DNA from: Nitrospirota bacterium
GTDB lineage: Bacteria; Nitrospirota; Thermodesulfovibrionia; Thermodesulfovibrionales; JdFR-85
Reading direction: 5' to 3'
Assembly (NCBI GenBank): GCA_015484595.1
Contig: WFMM01000124.1
Coordinates: forward strand, 1-60,242
DNA length: 60,242 nucleotides
Notes under the pieces: generated by a model
The model's database searches: none
What the model saw: the letters and a program-made list of their open reading frames with translations, nothing else
Told to the model about the DNA's origin: nothing
Position numbers and translations under genes: made by a program
Part shown: piece by piece, positions 1 to 8,085 of the stretch
Layout: each line of letters opens with the position of its first letter
How positions within the stretch are numbered: the stretch's first letter is position 1

Positions 1-2
1 AG

Positions 3-107
3 GTTGACGAAGAGGTTGCCCCAGAGGTTGTAAAGGCACTAAATGGCTCATTTCTTAAGGGACGAAGAATAAAGGCAGAGCCAGCAAGACCAAAAGACAG
101 GGTGTAG
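3..107 (+). CDS. RRM-type RNA-binding protein, C-terminal fragment (5' end off-window)
   Basis: Frame 3 is open from the window edge and reads VDEEVAPEVVKALNGSFLKGRRIKAEPARPKDRV*. The ALNG..L.GR.I tail is typical of small bacterial RRM proteins. It is absent from the ORF track because it is truncated. Confidence 0.45.
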   Translation, partial: VDEEVAPEVVKALNGSFLKGRRIKAEPARPKDRV

Positions 108-210
108 GGGGAGTTTTGAGTGTTGAGTGCTTAGTTTTGAATTAAGAATTAAAAAAGAATTCCATACATTAAACTCAACACTCAAAACTCATAACTCAAC
201 ACTAAATACC
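102..210. repeat. Inverted heptamer-array hairpin (AGTKTTG)n/(CAAMACT)n with GTGTAGGGGG box; probable bidirectional terminator
   Basis: GAGTTTTGAGTGTTGAGT (111-128) is the exact reverse complement of ACTCAACACTCAAAACTC (173-190), giving 18 bp. It lies between the stop codons of convergent genes (107 and 202). Confidence 0.7.
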
Positions 211-717
211 GATATCCTGAGGGGGGATGAAGGTTCGCTGTGCAAGGTCTTTGTCAATGAGAAAGAGTCCGCCAGGGTTGTTTTCGTTGAGTTTAAGACT
301 CTGAATTATCTCATCAGCAGATGCCTCCTCCTCAACCTGCTCATCAATAAACCACTTGAGAAAACTTGTGGTTGCGTGGTCCCTCAGTTCAATGGCAAGG
401 TCCATAAGAGAGTTTATCCTTGAAGTGACCTGTTTTTCGTGCTCAATCACCTCCTGAAAGGCATGTAGCGGGCTTTCCCACTCATTAGGTGGAGATTTTA
501 TCTCTGAAAACAGCACCCTTCCACCACGCTCTATAACATAGTTATAAAACCTTTTTACATGGGTGAGTTCCTCCATTGCCTGAACCCTCATCCAGTTTGC
601 AAAACCCTTCAAACTTATTGACTCAAAATAGGCTGACATTGAGAAGTAAAGATAAGACGAATAAATCTCCCAGTTAATCTGCTCATTTAATGCATTCTGC
701 ATCCTTTCATCAAGCAT
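202..717 (-). CDS. ftn: Ferritin (non-heme, Ftn type)
   Basis: The 171-aa product has ferritin-like di-iron motifs (EIYSSYLY, MEELTHVKRF, EHEKQVT). An AGGAGG Shine-Dalgarno (SD) site lies at 726-731 on the minus strand. Confidence 0.9.
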   Translation of the reverse strand: MLDERMQNALNEQINWEIYSSYLYFSMSAYFESISLKGFANWMRVQAMEELTHVKRFYNYVIERGGRVLFSEIKSPPNEWESPLHAFQEVIEHEKQVTSRINSLMDLAIELRDHATTSFLKWFIDEQVEEEASADEIIQSLKLNENNPGGLFLIDKDLAQRTFIPPQDIGI

Positions 718-740
718 AAGATAATCCTCCTGCTTATTAA

Positions 741-788
741 AATTCTAAATTCTAAATACTAATTTCTAAACAAATTCTAAGTTCTAAT
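741..788. repeat. Heptamer tandem array, TTCTAAA type (H1)
   Basis: The plus strand reads aattctaaattctaaatactaatttctaaacaaattctaagttctaat. In the ferritin sense it reads TTTAGAA repeats ending about 10 nt upstream of the SD site. Confidence 0.8.
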
Positions 789-865
789 TTACAGTTTTCC
801 AAACTATAATAACAATATTTTCGGTAAATTTAAGCTTATGGCAAAAGTAGCAACACAACAAAAGC

Positions 866-946
866 GATGAACGCAAATAACTCTATTAACCCAATTAACG
901 CAACTAACGCTATAAACGCGATAAACGCAATGAACGCAATAAACTA
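866..946. repeat. Nonamer tandem array AACGCNNNN (N9), about 9 units
   Basis: AACGC cores occur at 870, 897, 906, 915, 924 and 933 with a strict 9-nt period. Degenerate units (aactc, aaccc, aacta) sit at 879, 888 and 942. Confidence 0.85.
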
Positions 947-985
947 CAAATTCAGCAGCGGAAAATACGTCCGCAGGAAAGCATG

Positions 986-1258
986 TTATGCTGTTTGTTT
1001 TTCTTCCTGTTTTATTTTTTCAGAAAGCCATAAATTTATGAGTGTCTCAGCAGAAATACCCCTTTTCTGGGCAAATTCCAGTATACTATCAGACAACTTA
1101 ATATCAACTGGATAGTATATTCGTTGTGACTGTATATCTACTTCAAACTTTGCTGGTTTAGTATGCTCCCAGAAGTCAGATAAGTCGTGCGTGTCCCAAA
1201 ATTCTCCAATCTCTTGGTATGATGATTTCTTTGAAAGCGAAGTTTTATTTTTTCTCAT
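986..1258 (-). CDS. brnA: BrnA-like type II antitoxin
   Basis: The 90-aa ORF overlaps the upstream toxin ORF by 14 nt. Its size and C-terminal helix-rich tail (AQKRGISAETLINLWL) resemble BrnA/CopG-type antitoxins. Confidence 0.65.
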   Translation of the reverse strand: MRKNKTSLSKKSSYQEIGEFWDTHDLSDFWEHTKPAKFEVDIQSQRIYYPVDIKLSDSILEFAQKRGISAETLINLWLSEKIKQEEKQTA

Positions 1259-1529
1259 AAAGTCTCCTTTCCGACTTTGACATGTTTCTTGCGGATATAA
1301 TCAATGCTCGTCCGTTTCTTTTATATACAAAAAATATTGTTAAATATCGACCTTCAAAAGTTTGACCAAGAGCCGCATACACATTTTCGCCTTTACGGTG
1401 CCCTTTTTCTATAAAACGAAATTTTGGATTGTTCTCCAACACTTCTATTACTTCATCTCTTTTAACTCCGTGTTTTCTTTCAAGCTTTTCAACTATATCC
1501 TCAAGCCAGATAATCTCTTGTAATTTCAA
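1245..1529 (-). CDS. brnT: BrnT-family (DUF497) ribonuclease toxin
   Basis: The 94-aa product matches the family pattern ...YAALGQTFEGRYLTIFFVYK...RALIISARNMSKSERRLYE. It is paired with a small downstream antitoxin ORF. Confidence 0.7.
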   Translation of the reverse strand: MKLQEIIWLEDIVEKLERKHGVKRDEVIEVLENNPKFRFIEKGHRKGENVYAALGQTFEGRYLTIFFVYKRNGRALIISARNMSKSERRLYEKK

Positions 1530-1585
1530 ATGCCATCCTCAAAAATTTCTATTTATTGTATTGTATCATAAATATCATCTAACAC

Positions 1586-2107
1586 TTATTTTATCATATC
1601 CATAAGTTTATCTCTCATCTTCTTAAACAGTTCAAGATACTCGGGCATCTGGTAGTCCCTATAGGTAAACTCGTGTGCCCTGAATCCTCCCTTTCTGTAG
1701 AAAAGGGTTACCTCTCCGTAGATACCCTTTCCAAGGTAAATCCGGTGGGCATAGTTTTTTGTGGTGGCAAGCACCAGTTTTGAAGGGGTTATGTAGCCAG
1801 GGTCTAAATTTATCCGTCTTTTACCATCTCTTGAAAGCCCTGCTTCTATCTGATTGGTCTTAAGCTTTATCTGCACTATCTCAGCGGGATCGATTATCCT
1901 CTCAAAAAAGATGAACCTTCTATAAATTGGCCAGCCGAGTTCGTCTCTGTAATAATCTGTATGCTCCCACCTGTAGGTGTCTGATTCAAAAAGCACAGGT
2001 CCATAGAGTTCAGTTAGTATCTCCTTTGACCTCACATACCAGTCTTCCTCAGAAAAAAGTGTGCCAACAAAAAGAAGTGCCTTTTCAGGCTCCCTGGGAA
2101 TTCCCAT
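1586..2107 (-). CDS. DUF4416-family protein
   Basis: The 173-aa product has the pattern LFVG.LFS...DYY..ELG....R.F.FF...INLDPGY characteristic of DUF4416. Function is unknown. Confidence 0.55.
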   Translation of the reverse strand: MGIPREPEKALLFVGTLFSEEDWYVRSKEILTELYGPVLFESDTYRWEHTDYYRDELGWPIYRRFIFFERIIDPAEIVQIKLKTNQIEAGLSRDGKRRINLDPGYITPSKLVLATTKNYAHRIYLGKGIYGEVTLFYRKGGFRAHEFTYRDYQMPEYLELFKKMRDKLMDMIK

Positions 2108-2109
2108 AA

Positions 2110-2601
2110 CTAAAAACCATCCCAGTTTCCGGGGCCTATAACCTTTTTCTTTAAAACCCCGTCAGGGCTGATTATATAGGTTTCAGGCACCCCGGTCACT
2201 CCAAATGCACGAGCAGCGTTTTCGTCCAGGTCAACATAAATGGGTATATCGAAGTTGTTTTTCTTTAAATACCTCTTTGTCACAGCAGGGTCTTCGCGAT
2301 AGATGATTCCCAGAAATACAAAATTGGGGTCGTTTTTTTTCCTCTGATAAAGTGCATTGATTGAAGGCATCTCCTTTCTGCACTCACCACACCAGGAGGC
2401 CCAGAAGTGAACAAATACGGTCTTACCACGGAGTTCTTTCAGAGTAATCTGTTTTCCATTTTTGTCAACCACCTTGAAATCAGGTGCATCAAGCCCAACT
2501 ATTGCCTGTGTCTTTTCAGGTGGTCTTAACTTCTGACTGTAAATTATAAAAAAGACTCCCAAACCCAGAATCACAAGAAGTATTACCGCCCTGTTTTTCA
2601 T
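2110..2601 (-). CDS. TlpA/ResA-like thiol-disulfide oxidoreductase (membrane-anchored thioredoxin fold)
   Basis: It has an N-terminal hydrophobic anchor and a WASWCGEC CxxC active site, and is 163 aa long. Confidence 0.85.
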   Translation of the reverse strand: MKNRAVILLVILGLGVFFIIYSQKLRPPEKTQAIVGLDAPDFKVVDKNGKQITLKELRGKTVFVHFWASWCGECRKEMPSINALYQRKKNDPNFVFLGIIYREDPAVTKRYLKKNNFDIPIYVDLDENAARAFGVTGVPETYIISPDGVLKKKVIGPGNWDGF

Positions 2602-2641
2602 ACGACCACTCCTTAGTTAACAATCGGGATTCTTTAAACAA

Positions 2642-2667
2642 AAAGATAACCTTAAAGAGTTATCTTT
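2642..2667 (-). terminator. Candidate intrinsic terminator of clpC
   Basis: AAAGATAAC (2642-2650) pairs with GTTATCTTT (2659-2667). On the minus strand it is followed by TTGTTT. The stem is AT-rich and therefore weak. Confidence 0.35.
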
Positions 2668-2712
2668 AACTCCCTAAGGTTATCAAAAAGATTTGAAGAA
2701 GTTGTGAAAATC

Positions 2713-5157
2713 TTAGTTTACGCTTGCGGTTATAAGCTCCTGTGGTTCAGCGGTCTTAAACGCAGGGGCACCGTCCTGAAGAACCACGATTATCTTGTTT
2801 GCTCCAGCAAACCTGCCCTTTAAGATCTCCTCTGACAGGTAATCCTCTATCTCCTTCTGTATTGCCCTTCGCATTGGTCGTGCACCATAGGTAGGCTGGT
2901 AGTACTTCTCAACGAGCCATTCCTTCACCTCATCGGTTACCTCAAGAACCAGTTCCTGCTCAATGAGCTGTTTGTTTGTCTCGTCTATTAGCAGGTCTAT
3001 AATAGAGAACAGGTGCTCCTTTTCAAGTGGATGAAATACCACCATCTCGTCTATCCTGTTAAGAAACTCAGGGTTAAAGGTCTTTTTAAGCTCGTTCATT
3101 ACATTGGTCTTTATTTTGTCGTAGATGTCCTCTGAGCTTGTCCTGTGGAAACCAAGGGGCGTTGCCTTCTCGATAAGTCTTGCACCGATGTTTGATGTCA
3201 TGATTATCACTGTGTTTTTAAAATCCACCTTTCGGCCAAAGCTATCGGTAAGCACGCCTTCGTCAAGAACCTGTAGCAGAATATTGAAGACATCAGGATG
3301 AGCCTTTTCAATCTCGTCAAAGAGTATCACTGAATAGGGCTTCTTACGCACCTGCTCTGTAAGCTGTCCACCCTCTTCATAACCCACGTAACCAGGAGGT
3401 GCACCTGTAAGCCTGGAGACATTAAACCGCTCCATGTACTCGGACATATCTATCTTGATGAGCGAATTTTCATCGTCAAAGAGAAACTCTGCAAGTGCTT
3501 TTGCAAGCTCTGTCTTACCAACCCCCGTGGGGCCAAGAAACAGGAACGAGCCGATTGGCTTCTTTCTGTTCTTTATACCTGTGCGTGAACGCCTTATTGC
3601 CCTACAGACAGCCTTTATGGCATCGTCCTGTGCAATGATTCTCTTGTGCAGTTCCTCCTCCATGCGAAGGAGCTTTTCGCTTTCTTCCTGCTCAAGCTTA
3701 AGTAGCGGCACCCCTGTCATCTTTGACACCGTGTATGCAATGTCTTCAGCACTGATGACAGGTATTTCCTTTGTAAGGTTGTCGCGCCACTGCTTGTGAA
3801 CCTGTTCATGCAGGCGTCTCAGTTTTTCCTCTTCACCCCTGATGGCTGCCGCCTTCTCTATATCCTGAAGCTTGATGTAAAGGGTCTTTTCCTTTGAGAG
3901 TCTTTCAAGGTCCTGCTCTATCTCTTTGAGTTCATGTGGCGGGGTGTATCTCTTCAGTTTTATCCTTGAGCCTGTCTCGTCAATCACATCTATTGCCTTG
4001 TCAGGGAGGTTTCTGTCTGCAATGTAACGGTCAGAAAGCTTTGCTGCAGCCTCGATTGCCTCATCACTGTATTTTACTCTGTGATGTGCCTCGTACTTCT
4101 GCTTCAGACCATTTAAAATCTCTATGGTCTCTTCAACCGTTGGTGGCTCAATGTATATTGGTTGAAAACGCCTCTCCAGGGCTCCATCTTTTTCAATGTA
4201 TTTGCGATATTCATCGACCGTGGTTGCTCCAATACACTGTATTTCTCCCCTTGAAAGGGCAGGCTTTAGCATGTTTGATGCATCCACCGAGCCCTCTGCT
4301 GCTCCTGCACCAATCAATGTGTGTAGCTCATCTATAAACAGTATGATGTTGTCTGACTGGACGATCTCCTTCATCACCACCTTGAGGCGCTCCTCAAACT
4401 GTCCGCGGTACTTTGTGCCTGCAATCAGCGCTCCAAGGTCAAGGGAGACTATCCTCTTTCCGAGCATCTGGTCAGGAACATCGCCCGAGACTATCCTCTG
4501 GGCAAGCCCCTCGACAATGGCCGTCTTACCAACTCCTGGCTCACCGATAATGGCAGGATTATTCTTGATTCTACGACCAAGTATCTGTAAAACCCGCTCT
4601 ATCTCCTTTTCCCTGCCAATGACAGGGTCAAGTTTTCCCTTCTTTGCAAGGGCGGTAAGGTCTTTACCAAATTCATCAAGTGCTGGTGTGTGGGTCTTAC
4701 GCTCGCGCACATGGGGATGGGTCTTCATTGAAAGGTTTATGGCAAGCTGTCTTGCACCAAGCAGATTGGCACCGTGGTTTCTCAGTATCTTGCCACCAAT
4801 ACCCTCATCCTCTCTAATGAGACCAAGAAGCAGATGTTCACTACCAATGTAGTTATGCCCAAGCAGCCTTGCCTCTTCTATTGCAAGCTCAAGAACCTTC
4901 TTAGCACGGGGAGTAAAGGGTATGTCACCAAAGGTAAGCAGATTTGTGGGGGCTGGAAGGTTTCTTTCTATCTCCATCCTGAGGTCTTCAATGGAGATAC
5001 CCATCTTTTTCAGAATCACCACGGGAAGACCATCCTGCTCTCTTATCAGACCAAGGAGAAGATGCTCGGTGCCAAGATAGTCATTTTGTCTTCTTTCAGC
5101 CTCTTCTTTGGCATAGATTATTACCTTTCTTCCCCTTTCTGTAAATTTCTCAAACAT
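2713..5157 (-). CDS. clpC: ATP-dependent Clp protease ATP-binding subunit ClpC
   Basis: The 814-aa product has duplicated Clp_N repeats at the N-terminus, two Walker A sites ([16 protein letters not shown]) and a UVR-like linker ([15 protein letters not shown]). Confidence 0.9.
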   Translation of the reverse strand: MFEKFTERGRKVIIYAKEEAERRQNDYLGTEHLLLGLIREQDGLPVVILKKMGISIEDLRMEIERNLPAPTNLLTFGDIPFTPRAKKVLELAIEEARLLGHNYIGSEHLLLGLIREDEGIGGKILRNHGANLLGARQLAINLSMKTHPHVRERKTHTPALDEFGKDLTALAKKGKLDPVIGREKEIERVLQILGRRIKNNPAIIGEPGVGKTAIVEGLAQRIVSGDVPDQMLGKRIVSLDLGALIAGTKYRGQFEERLKVVMKEIVQSDNIILFIDELHTLIGAGAAEGSVDASNMLKPALSRGEIQCIGATTVDEYRKYIEKDGALERRFQPIYIEPPTVEETIEILNGLKQKYEAHHRVKYSDEAIEAAAKLSDRYIADRNLPDKAIDVIDETGSRIKLKRYTPPHELKEIEQDLERLSKEKTLYIKLQDIEKAAAIRGEEEKLRRLHEQVHKQWRDNLTKEIPVISAEDIAYTVSKMTGVPLLKLEQEESEKLLRMEEELHKRIIAQDDAIKAVCRAIRRSRTGIKNRKKPIGSFLFLGPTGVGKTELAKALAEFLFDDENSLIKIDMSEYMERFNVSRLTGAPPGYVGYEEGGQLTEQVRKKPYSVILFDEIEKAHPDVFNILLQVLDEGVLTDSFGRKVDFKNTVIIMTSNIGARLIEKATPLGFHRTSSEDIYDKIKTNVMNELKKTFNPEFLNRIDEMVVFHPLEKEHLFSIIDLLIDETNKQLIEQELVLEVTDEVKEWLVEKYYQPTYGARPMRRAIQKEIEDYLSEEILKGRFAGANKIIVVLQDGAPAFKTAEPQELITASVN

Positions 5158-5370
5158 AGAATCTCCTTTTTTTCACCTCTTGGTGTTTTATCCTTAATTT
5201 CATAATAATCCTTTCTGTCGCAGGTTGTCAACTTAACGGCCCTGCTACAGCAGGGCTGTTAATACTTATACAAAATACATGCCAGTGCTGACGATGATAT
5301 AAATCACCTTTTTGCAGGCACAGTTTTTTGTGGCTTTGAGGTAAAATATATTAGAGGCTGTTCAAGAGAT

Positions 5371-5408
5371 GAACCTCCCTGCGGAAAGCCGCAGGGTATA
5401 AAAAAAGG
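5371..5408 (+). promoter_or_regulatory. Conserved palindromic leader/operator motif, copy 1 (upstream of clpS)
   Basis: The sequence is GAACCTCCCTGCGGAAAGCCGCAGGGTATAAAAAAAGG. It contains an 8-4-8 perfect palindrome CCCTGCGG-aaag-CCGCAGGG (5377-5396). It is about 32/36 identical to a second copy at 19650-19685 on the minus strand. Confidence 0.45.
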
Positions 5409-5454
5409 TGTTAAAGGATTGACAAAAAACATAAACAGGAGACGGTAAATTGTC

Positions 5455-5763
5455 ATGTCAGAGGGTCTTATTGAAACCATAAAAGAGCCAAAGACAAAGA
5501 AGAAAACCAAAAAACCACCGATGTACAAGGTCTATCTCCTGAACGACGATTACACGACCATGGACTTTGTGGTCTATGTGCTCCAGGAGGTCTTTGGTAA
5601 ACCCTACGAAGAGGCAGTACAGATTATGCTTCATGTGCACCGTAGAGGTATGGGACTTTGCGGCGTTTACACAAAGGAGATAGCCGAGACAAAGGTGGAA
5701 ACAGTCCACCGTCTTGCACGGGCAAACCAGTTTCCCCTTAAATGCTATATGGAAAGGGAGTAA
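5455..5763 (+). CDS. clpS: ATP-dependent Clp protease adaptor ClpS
   Basis: The 102-aa product has the ClpS core [24 protein letters not shown]...[10 protein letters not shown] and sits directly upstream of clpA. Confidence 0.95.
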   Translation: MSEGLIETIKEPKTKKKTKKPPMYKVYLLNDDYTTMDFVVYVLQEVFGKPYEEAVQIMLHVHRRGMGLCGVYTKEIAETKVETVHRLARANQFPLKCYMERE

Positions 5764-5767
5764 GGCT

Positions 5768-8035
5768 ATGTTAAGTAAAGATATAGAGACATCTATTCAA
5801 AGGATTATAAACAGGGCAAAGCAGAAGGGGCACGAGTATGTAACAGTGGAGCACCTTCTTTATGCAATACTCGAGGATGAATGGGGAAGGGAGATACTCT
5901 ATAACTGCGGAGCAGACCTTGAGTTTCTCCGTCAGTCACTGGATGAGTATTTAGAAAACTACATACCCGTCAGACGGCTAAAGCCCAATGAACAGCCCCA
6001 GCCCACGGTGGCCTTTCAGCGCGTAATATCAAGGGCAATAGAGCATGTAAGGGCTGCTGAAAAAGAGCAAGCTGACGCAGGTGACCTGCTTGCCTACCTG
6101 TTTTACGAAGTGGACTCCTATGCGGTTGACCTCCTTGAGTCTGAAGGCATAGGCAGGATTGATGTCCTTGATTACATCTCTCACGGTATTTCCAAAAGAG
6201 AGGATGCCGGAGATCATCAATTTGACGACACTGAAGAGGAGCATCCCCGCAGACAGAGGACAAAACAAAAAACAGACCCCCTTGAGCTTTACACCACAGA
6301 GCTTGTTGAGAAGGCAAGAAAGGGAGAGTTAGACCCCATTGTGGGAAGAACCGAAGAGCTTAAGCGAACCATACAGATACTTGCAAGAAGGAGAAAAAAC
6401 AATGTGGTCTTTGTGGGTGAGCCAGGCGTAGGGAAGACAGCCCTTGTCGAGGGGCTTGCCCTAAAGATTGCCTCCGGTGATGTGCCTGAGATACTGAAGG
6501 ATGCAAAGATTTTTGCCATCGACCTTGGTGGCATGATAGCTGGCACCAAGTACAGAGGTGAGTTTGAGGCAAGACTGAAGGCAACCATTAAAAGACTGGA
6601 GGAGATTGAGGGTGCCATAATGTTCATTGACGAGATTCACACCGTGGTTGGTGCAGGCGCAACAAGTGGTGGCTCCCTTGATGCCTCCAACATCCTTAAG
6701 CCCTTTCTTGCCTCTGGAAAAATAAGATGCATAGGTGCAAGCACCTTTGAGGAATACAAAAAGTACTTTGAAAAAGACCGTGCCCTGTCAAGGAGGTTTC
6801 AGAAGGTAGAGTTACAGGAGCCCAGTATAGACGAGACCGTAAAGATACTAAAAGGTTTGAGAAACTACTACGAGGAGTTTCACGGTGTCCGCTACACAGA
6901 GGGAGCCCTGAAGGCTGCCTCAGAGCTTTCGGCAAAACACATAAACGACAAGTTCCTGCCAGACAAGGCAATAGATGTGATAGATGAGGCAGCAGCAGAG
7001 GTCAAGTTAAGGGGACAGCGGAAGGTGGTAGGTGTTCGTGACATCGAGGCAGTGGTCTCAAGGATAGCCCGTGTGCCAGTTCGCTCCATCTCCACATCAG
7101 AGACCGAAAGGCTTATGAGGCTTGAGCAGGAGCTTAAATCAGTAGTCTTTGGACAGGACGAGGCCATACACAAACTGGTATCAAGCATAAAAAGGGCAAG
7201 GGCAGGGCTTGGACACCCAGAAAAGCCAATTGGCTCTTTCCTTTTTACCGGACCAACCGGTGTGGGCAAGACCGAGGTTGCCCGACAGCTTGCAAACACC
7301 CTTGGCGTGCAGTTTATAAGATTTGACATGAGTGAATACATGGAAAAGCACTCTGTTGCCCGACTGATAGGAGCACCTCCGGGGTATGTGGGATTTGACC
7401 AGGGTGGTCTCCTAACAGATGCTATCAGGCGTAATCCTTACGCAGTGTTGCTTCTTGACGAGATTGAAAAGGCACATCCCGATGTGTTCAACATACTTTT
7501 GCAGGTGATGGATTATGCCTCTTTGACAGACAACAACGGAAAAAAGGCTGATTTCAGAAATGTCATACTCATTATGACATCCAATGCAGGGGCTCAGCTT
7601 ATGCAGCAAAGCCCCATTGGTTTCGGAAATAGGGCAGAGGATGCACTATCAAGGTCAAAGGACGAGATAAACCGTCTGTTCAGCCCTGAGTTCCGTAACC
7701 GTCTTGACGCAATAATCACCTTCAGACCACTGAACCATCAGATAATGCTCCATGTGGTTGACAAGTTCTTAAAGGAGCTCCAGAAACAGTTAACTGAGAA
7801 AAAGGTCACCCTTAAGGTCTCTGAATCTGCCCGTGACTGGCTTGCCCGTAAAGGCTTTGACCCCCGTTTTGGTGCAAGACCCCTTGCAAGGGTGATTCAG
7901 GAGGAGATTAAGGACAGGCTCTCAGACGAAATCCTCTTTGGAAGTCTCAAAAAAGGTGGCACCGTAAGTATTGACTGCCCTGATAAAAAAGGGCTGTTAT
8001 TTAATTTCAGCCAAAACAATTCACCACAAATCTAA
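5768..8035 (+). CDS. clpA: ATP-dependent Clp protease ATP-binding subunit ClpA
   Basis: It has two AAA+ modules ([16 protein letters not shown]). I place the start at ATG 5768 (MLSKDIETSIQRII), 5 nt after the clpS stop. The track start at 5714 would overlap clpS. Confidence 0.93.
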   Translation: MLSKDIETSIQRIINRAKQKGHEYVTVEHLLYAILEDEWGREILYNCGADLEFLRQSLDEYLENYIPVRRLKPNEQPQPTVAFQRVISRAIEHVRAAEKEQADAGDLLAYLFYEVDSYAVDLLESEGIGRIDVLDYISHGISKREDAGDHQFDDTEEEHPRRQRTKQKTDPLELYTTELVEKARKGELDPIVGRTEELKRTIQILARRRKNNVVFVGEPGVGKTALVEGLALKIASGDVPEILKDAKIFAIDLGGMIAGTKYRGEFEARLKATIKRLEEIEGAIMFIDEIHTVVGAGATSGGSLDASNILKPFLASGKIRCIGASTFEEYKKYFEKDRALSRRFQKVELQEPSIDETVKILKGLRNYYEEFHGVRYTEGALKAASELSAKHINDKFLPDKAIDVIDEAAAEVKLRGQRKVVGVRDIEAVVSRIARVPVRSISTSETERLMRLEQELKSVVFGQDEAIHKLVSSIKRARAGLGHPEKPIGSFLFTGPTGVGKTEVARQLANTLGVQFIRFDMSEYMEKHSVARLIGAPPGYVGFDQGGLLTDAIRRNPYAVLLLDEIEKAHPDVFNILLQVMDYASLTDNNGKKADFRNVILIMTSNAGAQLMQQSPIGFGNRAEDALSRSKDEINRLFSPEFRNRLDAIITFRPLNHQIMLHVVDKFLKELQKQLTEKKVTLKVSESARDWLARKGFDPRFGARPLARVIQEEIKDRLSDEILFGSLKKGGTVSIDCPDKKGLLFNFSQNNSPQI

Positions 8036-8072
8036 AATCACAAATCTGAAATCTCAAATCTCAAATCTGAAA
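8024..8072. repeat. Heptamer tandem array AAATCNN (H2), about 7 units
   Basis: The array reads cacaaat ctaaaat cacaaat ctgaaat ctcaaat ctcaaat ctgaaat. It begins inside the last codons of clpA and ends 14 nt before the stop of the next gene. Confidence 0.8.
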
Positions 8073-8085
8073 TTATAATCTGTTA

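Noticed and set aside
867-1115. 82-aa plus-strand ORF beginning MNANNSINPINATNAINAINAMNAIN
   Set aside because: The N-terminal half is simply the translation of the 9-nt (three-codon) AACGCNNNN tandem array. The remainder runs antisense to the brnA-like gene. It has no SD site and no protein-like composition.
3434-5205. Several plus-strand ORFs of 120-218 aa (3434-3799, 3936-4337, 4196-4852, 4774-5205)
   Set aside because: All lie antisense within clpC and have Ser/Pro/Leu-rich low-complexity translations typical of shadow ORFs.
5714-5767. Upstream ATG start for clpA
   Set aside because: It overlaps the clpS 3' end by 50 nt and adds non-conserved residues. ATG 5768 gives the usual ClpA N-terminus right after the clpS stop.
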